Shown here: one piece after another, positions 1 through 7,083 of the stretch | Position numbering within the stretch: the first letter of the stretch is position 1 | Layout of the letters: each line of letters starts with the position of its first letter | Assembly: GCA_027351145.1 (NCBI GenBank) | Contig: DAIEIZ010000007.1 | Location: 1-41,641, forward strand | Length of the DNA stretch: 41,641 nt | From: Candidatus Moraniibacteriota bacterium | GTDB lineage: Bacteria > Patescibacteriota > Minisyncoccia > Moranbacterales > UBA2206 | Reading direction: 5' to 3' | Translations under genes and position numbers: made by a program | Notes under the pieces: generated by a model | The model's database searches: none | The model's input: the letters and a program-made list of their open reading frames with translations, nothing else | What the model was told of the DNA's origin: nothing

Positions 1-199
1 CCAAGGCTTCGCCTTTTTTAAGCTCAAAGTTAATATTTTCCAATGCAAAAAACTCATCCTTTCTAAGTTTGCCACGGTCGCGTGAAATTCCAAACATGTC
101 CCGTGCCACATCCAAGGAACCATAAAACATGCTCCGTCTCAAATTGCGACAGAACTTCTTATGTAGACCTTCAACTTTAATTACAACATCTGAATCCAT
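1..199 (-). CDS. ABC transporter ATP-binding protein, polysaccharide-export type (Wzt/TagH-like). Only the 5' part is present; the gene runs off the left edge.
   Basis: Not in the ORF track because it is truncated. Translating the minus strand from ATG at 197-199 gives MDSDVVIKVEGLHKKFCRNLRRSMFYGSLDVARDMFGISRDRGKLRKDEFFALENINFELKKGEALG. This is the usual N-terminus just before the Walker A loop of Wzt/TagH ATPases. It lies downstream of Wzm-type permease genes. Confidence 0.7.
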   Translation of the reverse strand, partial: MDSDVVIKVEGLHKKFCRNLRRSMFYGSLDVARDMFGISRDRGKLRKDEFFALENINFELKKGEAL

Positions 200-218
200 A
201 CTGGATAATTTTAAAGGC

Positions 219-237
219 TAAATTTAAAATTTGAAAT
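219..237. repeat. Left copy of a 19-bp direct repeat (TAAATTTAAAATTTGAAAT) flanking the four-helix-bundle gene
   Basis: 18/19 identical to 662-680 (TAAATTTAAAATTTCAAAT). Read directly from the sequence. Confidence 0.6.
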
Positions 238-263
238 GAATTTTAAATGCCTAAATTTTAATT

Positions 264-581
264 TCAACTATTTCTACCTTCAATCGTAATAATAATCTTA
301 GAAAAAATCATGGTCAATTCGTGTGCTTCCTGCAGACATTTGGCACACAACTCTACATTCTCACTGCTGGCTTTTCCCAAAAGTTGCAACCAATATTTTG
401 TTTCCTTTGCTTCCTTTTTGCATATATAAATCTTATTCTTGAAATCTTTCTTGGAGCTTGCGCCATTTGCCTCACAATAATTAGCACCTATACTAGTGGC
501 TGATCGCACAAGTTGGCTAAGCAGCGGAGTTGTGACGATATCTTTGTTTATCTTTCTAATCAAATGAATAATTTCTTTCAC
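264..581 (-). CDS. Four-helix bundle protein (23S rRNA intervening-sequence protein family). The N-terminal helix is out of frame upstream, an apparent frameshift.
   Basis: ORF-track protein contains LSQLVRSATSIGANYCEANGASSKKDF..ICKKEAKETKYWLQLL, the core motif of this family. The expected N-terminus MNKTNEKYNLEERTAKFS is encoded from ATG 631-633 in another frame. Confidence 0.75.
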   Translation of the reverse strand: MKEIIHLIRKINKDIVTTPLLSQLVRSATSIGANYCEANGASSKKDFKNKIYICKKEAKETKYWLQLLGKASSENVELCAKCLQEAHELTMIFSKIIITIEGRNS

Positions 582-661
582 TGAATTTTGCAGTTCTTTC
601 CTCTAAATTATATTTTTCATTTGTTTTGTTCATTTAAAATTTATTATTTGATTTAAAACTT

Positions 662-680
662 TAAATTTAAAATTTCAAAT
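662..680. repeat. Right copy of the 19-bp direct repeat flanking the four-helix-bundle gene
   Basis: TAAATTTAAAATTTCAAAT, 18/19 identical to 219-237, in the wzm-proximal intergenic region. Confidence 0.6.
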
Positions 681-692
681 TATGCCCCCCCT

Positions 693-1550
693 CTACAGCA
701 TTTTTTCAATTACTTTCTCTTCCGAAACATAAAACAATCTCCAGGTCAGCATAAAGAAAATGAACGACCCAACTCCACACCAAGCAAAAGCAGCAAAATT
801 TTCAATCCTACCATAAGCAATTGCATCTCTCACGCCTCCAATAATATATGTCAGAGGGTTAATTCTGATTATTTTAGCAACGATTCCTCCCATGGAATCA
901 GCGCTATAAATTATCGGCGTAAAGAAAATAAAAAGCCCTAGCCCTATATCCATAATTCTCCTGACTTCATTAGCAACCACCCCCATCACTGAAACCAAAA
1001 GACCGATTCCCGCTCCCAAAAAAAGCATCGGTAAAATTAAAATAGGAAAAAGAAAAATTAACCAACTAGGAACGACATGAAAAAGAAGGAGTACAATCAA
1101 TGTTACCACAAAACTGGCTAAAAAATTGGCCAGCTGTTGAAAAATTTGCTTGGCCAAAAGTGCCTCATGTGGATATTTTACTTGCATGATAAAACCCTGC
1201 CCGGAATTTAAGGTTTCCGCGGCAGATGAATAGAATCCCATAAAAAGTCCCCAGAAAGAGGTTCCGAGCAAGATATATGCTGGATATGGAATGCCCACAT
1301 TACCAGGTTTGAGCACGCCAGCATAATTCATAAACACCCAAGACACGATTCCGAAAATTGGAGAAAGAATGATCCAACCAATGCCCAAAAATGATTTTTT
1401 ATAGGCAGCGAGGAAATCACGCGAAAAAAGCTGCCAAATGAGCTCTTGAGAATTTTTAACATTTTTCGCCATCAAAAAAAGACTCCGCAAAAAGCCTGTT
1501 TTTTGACGGGAATTTGGACTATACACTACAACTTTTTCACAACTATTCAT
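693..1550 (-). CDS. ABC-2 type polysaccharide export permease (Wzm/TagG-like)
   Basis: Multi-TM ORF with the Wzm-style N-terminal region ..LIWQLFSRDFLAAYKKSFLGIGWIILSPI.. I prefer ATG at 1548-1550 (MNSCEKVVVY) over the GTG at 1619 used by the ORF track. Confidence 0.8.
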   Translation of the reverse strand: MNSCEKVVVYSPNSRQKTGFLRSLFLMAKNVKNSQELIWQLFSRDFLAAYKKSFLGIGWIILSPIFGIVSWVFMNYAGVLKPGNVGIPYPAYILLGTSFWGLFMGFYSSAAETLNSGQGFIMQVKYPHEALLAKQIFQQLANFLASFVVTLIVLLLFHVVPSWLIFLFPILILPMLFLGAGIGLLVSVMGVVANEVRRIMDIGLGLFIFFTPIIYSADSMGGIVAKIIRINPLTYIIGGVRDAIAYGRIENFAAFAWCGVGSFIFFMLTWRLFYVSEEKVIEKML

Positions 1551-1775
1551 AATATACCAAAAAAAAATAGCAAAACCTCTCTGGTCAATCCTAAAAAACA
1601 CGCTTAACTCATCAGCCACCAGAGCACTCCTAAATTATACCTCCGATCCGCGTTGCGGTCAAAGGAAAGAAGGGCTGGGTTTTGGACAGATTTTGACTTC
1701 AATGATGGGAAGCATAGGGGCTCAGGTTATAAAGTTTGTAAAGTTTATGCAGTAAAATTCGTGTAAATTCATAAA

Positions 1776-1976
1776 TTAAGCCAGATCAGCAAAGAATCTT
1801 TCGGTTTTTTTAAATTTGAACACTCCGAAGAAGAATAATGCGATGGAAATTGCAATAGAAATAAACAACAATTGAAAATTTATCGGTGTCACTCCCAGAA
1901 ATAATGATCTGACAGTTTCAATTACGCCGGTCATGGGATTGAGCGCCAGAATCCATTGATACTTTCCGCCTACCAA
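1776..1976 (-). CDS. C-terminal fragment of a second Wzm-type ABC-2 permease (frameshifted; continues 1970-2602)
   Basis: The fragment ..VGGKYQWILALNPMTGVIETVRSLFLG.. is the conserved C-terminal part of Wzm permeases. It has only a TTG 'start' and no ATG of its own. Confidence 0.6.
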   Translation of the reverse strand: MVGGKYQWILALNPMTGVIETVRSLFLGVTPINFQLLFISIAISIALFFFGVFKFKKTERFFADLA

Positions 1977-2602
1977 AAAATGACCGGCGTGACATACATT
2001 AAAATCTGGATAAAAAATGGCAGCGCATAGCGCACATCCCGATATTTTAAATTGATTGAAGCAAGGAAAAGCCCAGGTCCGGAGGATGCCAGAAAAGAAA
2101 TAAAAAACAGAACCGGCAGCATTAGAATGCCGGTGAACATCGGAAACATATAATAATACAACATAAAAGCAACTAGGACCAGAAGCGAGATGCCCAGATC
2201 AATGAGCGGAGTGAGCGTGGAAGAAATCGGTAAAATCAGCCTGGGGAAATAGACTTTTTTTATGATGTTTTCGTTATCAATAATTGTGTTACTGACTCCG
2301 GTCAAGGAAATTGAGAAATAATTCCAAAACATTATCCCCACAAAAGCAAAGATTGGATATGGAATGCCGTCGGAAGGAACTTTGGCCAACTTTCCAAAAA
2401 AGAACGAGAAAATAGCCACCATCAAAACCGGCTGCAAAATAGCCCAAATGATTCCCAGGGCAGTTTGCTTGTAGCGCACTTTAATGTCACGCCAAGCAAA
2501 AATAAAAGCCAGCTCGCGATAGAGCCAGAGTTCTTTCAAATTTAAATCAAACCACCCTTTTTGCGGTTTGATGATTATTTCAAAATTTGCTGTTTTTTCC
2601 AT
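1970..2602 (-). CDS. N-terminal 210 aa of a second Wzm-type ABC-2 permease, ending prematurely in a homopolymer run
   Basis: Contains LWLYRELAFIFAWRDIKVRYKQTALGIIWAILQPV and multiple TM segments. The ORF stops at ..TPVIFW* immediately after the T6 run (A6 on plus, 1975-1980). Confidence 0.75.
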   Translation of the reverse strand: MEKTANFEIIIKPQKGWFDLNLKELWLYRELAFIFAWRDIKVRYKQTALGIIWAILQPVLMVAIFSFFFGKLAKVPSDGIPYPIFAFVGIMFWNYFSISLTGVSNTIIDNENIIKKVYFPRLILPISSTLTPLIDLGISLLVLVAFMLYYYMFPMFTGILMLPVLFFISFLASSGPGLFLASINLKYRDVRYALPFFIQILMYVTPVIFW

Positions 2603-2614
2603 AAAAATTTTCTC

Positions 2615-3010
2615 CTAGGGCCTGATCTTTTCTTTGATTTTTTCAGCAATTAACTTGCTTACATCCCAATACCCCGTCAGCCTTTCATATAGACTATTGG
2701 CCATTTTTTCAGAATAGGTATGCACTGATAAATTTCTATCATTAGCCATCACCAGGCACTTTTCGATATTTTCTTCAGATAGACCTAAAATTGTGCGAAT
2801 TTCACGAAAACACGATTTGGGAGAATTGCACTCAATGCCCTCATATTCTTTTAGATACATTTTTATTGTTTTCCAAAGAAGTTCGAAGGAAAATTCATAG
2901 CGTTGAATTGTTGCATCGCGATTAAGATCGGAAAATGGTGCATCAAGAGCATTTTTCCAGGAAATCAAAGCCTGTTCCAGGTCAGAAAATTTCTCTTCTA
3001 GATAATCCAT
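2615..3010 (-). CDS. hepT: HEPN-domain protein, HI0074-family nucleotidyltransferase substrate-binding subunit (type VII toxin HepT-like)
   Basis: 131 aa with the Rx4H motif (RNLSVH). Overlaps the upstream MNT gene by 13 nt. Confidence 0.8.
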   Translation of the reverse strand: MDYLEEKFSDLEQALISWKNALDAPFSDLNRDATIQRYEFSFELLWKTIKMYLKEYEGIECNSPKSCFREIRTILGLSEENIEKCLVMANDRNLSVHTYSEKMANSLYERLTGYWDVSKLIAEKIKEKIRP

Positions 3011-3285
3011 ATTTTTGGTCCGTCCATAACGCGGGCGCGGAATGGATCATTGGTATCATTGATATTAATTACATCGAATTTATAGGGCAAAGCTGATTCA
3101 TCAAGGGCGTCTTTGATCTTGGAGATGACACTGTCTATTTCCTTGTTCTCGCTGACAATCGCTACGTCAACATCGTTAAACTTTGCATTTTCGACGCTTG
3201 AACCAAAAACAAAAACTCGGTCATCTTTCTCGAGCCGCTCTTTGAAAATTTCTTTAATCTTAACAAAATATCTTTCTTCGATCAT
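2998..3285 (-). CDS. mntA: Minimal nucleotidyltransferase (MNT/MntA-like antitoxin)
   Basis: Contains FGSSVENAKFNDVDVAIV, the GS...DxD polymerase-beta-type NTase motif. I prefer ATG at 3283-3285 (MIEERYF) over the TTG at 3327. Confidence 0.8.
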   Translation of the reverse strand: MIEERYFVKIKEIFKERLEKDDRVFVFGSSVENAKFNDVDVAIVSENKEIDSVISKIKDALDESALPYKFDVININDTNDPFRARVMDGPKIWII

Positions 3286-3327
3286 AATCCTATTGTACCC
3301 GCTTTTAGCTGTAATTGCAACTTGCAA

Positions 3328-6300
3328 TCACCCTCTCGCTTTTTTTGACCGGAGTCTGATTTTTCCGTGAAAATTTTGTCCCAGAAGAGAAAAAAATATT
3401 GCCAGCGAGCCCCAAAGTGGATAGGATGGCCAACTTTTGACAAAGGATTTATCTTGACGCATTGTGCTGGCACCGGCCACTTTGCCCGCCACGTTCGCCT
3501 TGGGACCGCGCGCGATAGAAACGGCCAGCGGCTCAAACGTCAGACCGGACTTTTTTGAATTAAATTGGGGAACCGCCTGAATAGTCTCCTTTAACACTAC
3601 AGTTTCATCCGCGCCTGCTACGACACTTGAAGCAGTATTTGACTGGAAGGGTGTTATCTCATTAAACTGCTCAGTTATTTGAGAATCAGGGATAGGCATG
3701 ACACCAAAAACATCCATAACGGATTTTGGCTCCAGTGGGAGGTCAGCCGATGAACTGATGATTCTGATCTCTCCGGTATATTTCATCACTCCGCTCTTCG
3801 CCTTTTTCTGATTTGTTGATTGGCTCTTTTTTGCCTCATGCTTCTTTTTGTGTTTTCGTTCGGTTGGATTTTCAGAAGTTGCCACAGTCACATTTAAATC
3901 TTCTGCTTTTGCAATGTCCGCGTCTGAATCAGCCGGCGCATCGGCAGGATCATCCTTGACGTTTGATGAATCCGGAACGGACGCAGGGTCAGGAGCAGGG
4001 TCAGGCATGGGCGGTTCATCAACATCCTTCGGCGAAGCTTTGACGCTGGTGAAAATAACCTCCACATCCGTCCAGTTTCCCGCTTCGTCCATTGCTTCGA
4101 TCCAAAAATCATGTTCCCCCGGTTCCACCTCCGACAGATCAATCGTATCGCCCGTAATCTCATTATCATCTAGCCATTTTTCAATCGAAATATTTTTTGT
4201 TGCGCTCACTGCGTCCGAAACAGCATATTGGATAGTAATTTTTTCATCGTTCGCGTATTCTTTGCCTTCTTGTGGAGCGCTGACGTTGAGAACCGGCGGA
4301 GTGATATCATGCTCGATAATTTCTTCAATCGGCGCGTCCGATTCTTGCGAATTACTAGCCACTGCAAATTCTTGCTCTCCCTCTTTTTTCACTTCCACCT
4401 CGGTCGATTTCGATTGATTTTCATGTTCGCCATTCAGACTCGCATATTCCACGCCCAGATGATATTTTTCTCCGTCAGCGCCATTCTTGTTCCCGTGCAG
4501 TCTGATCGTGTAATCACCTGTTTTAGGATTGGGAATAGAAGCAATCTTGAACCCGTCTTTGTTTTTCTCTTCGGCATAACGCGAATCTGTGATTCCTTCA
4601 TTGCCTCGCGAAACCGTGCCGCCCTCCGGATCGGTAATTTGCAAGTCAGCCGGCGCGTCGGTCCAGATAGTGAGTTCATTGTCAACTTTTGGCGCGTCAA
4701 AAATATCCGTCAAAGATTTGTCCAACCGCTCGGCGACAATTTTTTCCGAACGACTGACAATTTGCCGGTGATCATACTCCAGCACATCGCGAAAATCACT
4801 AGAAACATCCCCGGAGGCAATGAGCACTTCACCGTCCCCTTTTGCATCATCCCATTGAGGATCAATCGGATCGGGTTTCCCGTCTTTCCAAAGATCGTCT
4901 TCATCCACCGAAACGACCGGAATCCTATTCACCGTATCTTGCTTATCACCTAAAATGACGCTGAACCGGGTTTTTTCCTTGAGACTATTCATGTTCAAAC
5001 CCAACCCTTGCAAAAAAGTATTTTGTTCTTCCATCGCTTGATATTTTTTCAAATCACTTGAACCGGCTGGCTGCAAATAGTCATAGGTTGGCATTAGTTC
5101 TTTGAGGGATGGGATGTAATTGTGGATAATGTCATAGTAATTTGAAACCCCGCTCTTAGTTGCTTTTAAATACTCAAGATACGTTTTTATAACAAATTTG
5201 CTACCCCAATTATTTGGTATCCGTCCACCCTCCCAAATCGAATAAACGTCAGATGATCCACGGTTAGGCGGAGCGATCATGATAAGATTATCCACATCAT
5301 TGGCATAATCAATGTTTTGCACATAACTGCGCGCCACCAGACTGCCCATTGAATGCGTGACGATATTCACCTTGTTCGCGTCATTTTTAGCCAGGGCTTT
5401 TTGGATGAGCGGCTTGAGATAGTGCTCGGCTGAATCGGCATTGCTTTTGCGCCAATCATAATAGCCGATAAAAAAATTCTGGCCTTCAACATAACCCATT
5501 GCCTTGAAAGCGGTAAGGATGCCGTCATAAGTGTGATCAAACATCGTCCAATTATCCGCCAGCGCCCCGCTAATCATCAAGTCCGGATTGATTGAAGCGC
5601 CGATGCCAGGGATAAAAATGACAGGTTCTTTGGGGATATTAGGATCACTCTCGTCCCACGGTCGAAAAAGCACGCTTGTGCCCACAATCCGGTTTCCTGT
5701 GCCGGCAGGATTATCCTTTTCCTTTCCCCCGTTTCGATAGACATAGTTTGGTCCGCTGGAACTGCCCCACCAATTGTAGCGGGCGTCAAAAGAAACCGAC
5801 GAGTCTCCTCCATAGACCGCCCGCACTCCGTCGCGATTGTCAAAAATAGCACTGTTTCTGATTTTAGGCACTCGTTCGGGATTAGCTCCGATAATTTCCA
5901 CTCCGCTGTAATTGCCGCTTAACGTCAGTTGTTCCAAGGTTGGCTCAGCATAGCGCAAGGCAATTCCCGCCGCTAAGCAATAGCGGACTTCACTATGCCG
6001 AACGCTCAGATAATTTTTATAGGGATTATTGGAATCGATAGTCTGATGAGCAATTCCATTTGTCGCATAAAAAACTTTGGCATATTCAATTGTCGATTGC
6101 TGGCGATATTGCGGATCAAATACCAGCCCCCGCCAATCCCCCTTGAGCGGTGAACGATAGGAGCAATAGGCATTGGTCTCCCCTCCATAGGCGCTATCGC
6201 AAGTGGAAGTGAAGACAATTGGCGCAGACGGCGTTCCAATGGCAGAAAAAGTGCTCGCGACGCCTAAACCCGCGTTGGAAAAATTTTTGAACTTCACCAC

Positions 6301-6501
6301 CACGCCCGGTTCGATTGTCAGTGGAGCGTTAACCGAGAGAAAGCTTTGGATGATATAGGGACTGCCTGCCGCGGTCCAAGTGGTGGGTACAGTAATGTTG
6401 GCCAAAATTTCTGTCGCGGCTAATGCCCGGCCAGGCTTAGCAGCTGCGACAAAAACAGCCATTACTGTTGCCAGCAGGAAACTACTTTTCAGTTTTTTCA
6501 T
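3328..6501 (-). CDS. Large secreted or surface-anchored protein: signal peptide, beta-helix-like N-domain, LCAT/lipase-like alpha/beta hydrolase, Ig-like and low-complexity region, C-terminal hydrophobic anchor
   Basis: N-terminus MKKLKSSFLLATVMAVFVAAAKPGRALA is a signal peptide. PVIFIPGIGAS resembles an oxyanion-loop region. YYDWRKS and VNIVTHSMGSLV form a GxSxG nucleophile elbow, encoded at 5341-5358. An acidic Pro-rich linker DEPPMPDPAPDPAS follows. The tail PLWGSLAIFFSLLGQNFHGKIRLRSKKARG is hydrophobic then basic. Confidence 0.7.
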   Translation of the reverse strand: MKKLKSSFLLATVMAVFVAAAKPGRALAATEILANITVPTTWTAAGSPYIIQSFLSVNAPLTIEPGVVVKFKNFSNAGLGVASTFSAIGTPSAPIVFTSTCDSAYGGETNAYCSYRSPLKGDWRGLVFDPQYRQQSTIEYAKVFYATNGIAHQTIDSNNPYKNYLSVRHSEVRYCLAAGIALRYAEPTLEQLTLSGNYSGVEIIGANPERVPKIRNSAIFDNRDGVRAVYGGDSSVSFDARYNWWGSSSGPNYVYRNGGKEKDNPAGTGNRIVGTSVLFRPWDESDPNIPKEPVIFIPGIGASINPDLMISGALADNWTMFDHTYDGILTAFKAMGYVEGQNFFIGYYDWRKSNADSAEHYLKPLIQKALAKNDANKVNIVTHSMGSLVARSYVQNIDYANDVDNLIMIAPPNRGSSDVYSIWEGGRIPNNWGSKFVIKTYLEYLKATKSGVSNYYDIIHNYIPSLKELMPTYDYLQPAGSSDLKKYQAMEEQNTFLQGLGLNMNSLKEKTRFSVILGDKQDTVNRIPVVSVDEDDLWKDGKPDPIDPQWDDAKGDGEVLIASGDVSSDFRDVLEYDHRQIVSRSEKIVAERLDKSLTDIFDAPKVDNELTIWTDAPADLQITDPEGGTVSRGNEGITDSRYAEEKNKDGFKIASIPNPKTGDYTIRLHGNKNGADGEKYHLGVEYASLNGEHENQSKSTEVEVKKEGEQEFAVASNSQESDAPIEEIIEHDITPPVLNVSAPQEGKEYANDEKITIQYAVSDAVSATKNISIEKWLDDNEITGDTIDLSEVEPGEHDFWIEAMDEAGNWTDVEVIFTSVKASPKDVDEPPMPDPAPDPASVPDSSNVKDDPADAPADSDADIAKAEDLNVTVATSENPTERKHKKKHEAKKSQSTNQKKAKSGVMKYTGEIRIISSSADLPLEPKSVMDVFGVMPIPDSQITEQFNEITPFQSNTASSVVAGADETVVLKETIQAVPQFNSKKSGLTFEPLAVSIARGPKANVAGKVAGASTMRQDKSFVKSWPSYPLWGSLAIFFSLLGQNFHGKIRLRSKKARG

Positions 6502-6513
6502 TTTATCCCATCG

Positions 6514-6553
6514 GTAGAGACGCCCCGCCAGGGCGGGGCGTCTCTACTTTTTT
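6514..6553 (+). terminator. Perfect 16-bp GC-rich inverted repeat followed by T6. This is intrinsic-terminator geometry on the plus strand only.
   Basis: GTAGAGACGCCCCGCC-AG-GGCGGGGCGTCTCTAC (6514-6547), then TTTTTT (6548-6553). On the minus strand it lies 13 nt upstream of the ATG of the 3328-6501 gene, with no U-tract. Confidence 0.4.
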
Positions 6554-6563
6554 CATTTTTATT

Positions 6564-6992
6564 TTAGAAATAATTATGCAATTCACTAAACGCTTTTGGC
6601 AAAAGCACAAGCGCCCAATAGAGAAAAATGGAAACGAAAATTAGCGCGGAAAATAACGCGTCTAGAACAAGAGTGCGGAGGGAAAACTTGGTCTGATTTA
6701 GTTTTGTGAAGATGAAAGGTGAAATTATTACAAGGAAAATGACTAGCAAAATTGGATATAAACTGAAATCGTCATAAAAATAATACAGATTTGCATTTGT
6801 CTTAGCAGCCCAATTACTCAAAAAACTGTCAATAAAATAAATATAAGCAAAAAGAAGAATGAGCGTTCCCATCGAGCTTGCCACCAAATATTTCCGCCCT
6901 TTTTTTTGGCGCAAAAACTTCAACCAAAAAAACGGCGAGATGATGATTGACGCAAACAAAATTGAGCAAAACCAAACAAGAATCGTTTTCAT
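6564..6992 (-). CDS. Hypothetical integral membrane protein (about 4 TM)
   Basis: 142-aa ORF with ATG start, strongly hydrophobic segments and no recognisable motif. Confidence 0.6.
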   Translation of the reverse strand: MKTILVWFCSILFASIIISPFFWLKFLRQKKGRKYLVASSMGTLILLFAYIYFIDSFLSNWAAKTNANLYYFYDDFSLYPILLVIFLVIISPFIFTKLNQTKFSLRTLVLDALFSALIFVSIFLYWALVLLPKAFSELHNYF

Positions 6993-7083
6993 TTTTTTTT
7001 GGAAAAAGATGCTTACTCCCTAAAAATATTATACCACAAAATTCATTTTTTGTTATTTTTAGCATCCGTAGTATAATTAATCC

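Noticed and set aside
3848-4953. Long plus-strand ORFs (3848-4417 and 4228-4953, among others) antisense to the 3328-6501 gene
   Set aside because: Their translations are low-complexity and have no motifs, and they lie entirely inside a well-supported minus-strand gene. They are typical shadow ORFs.
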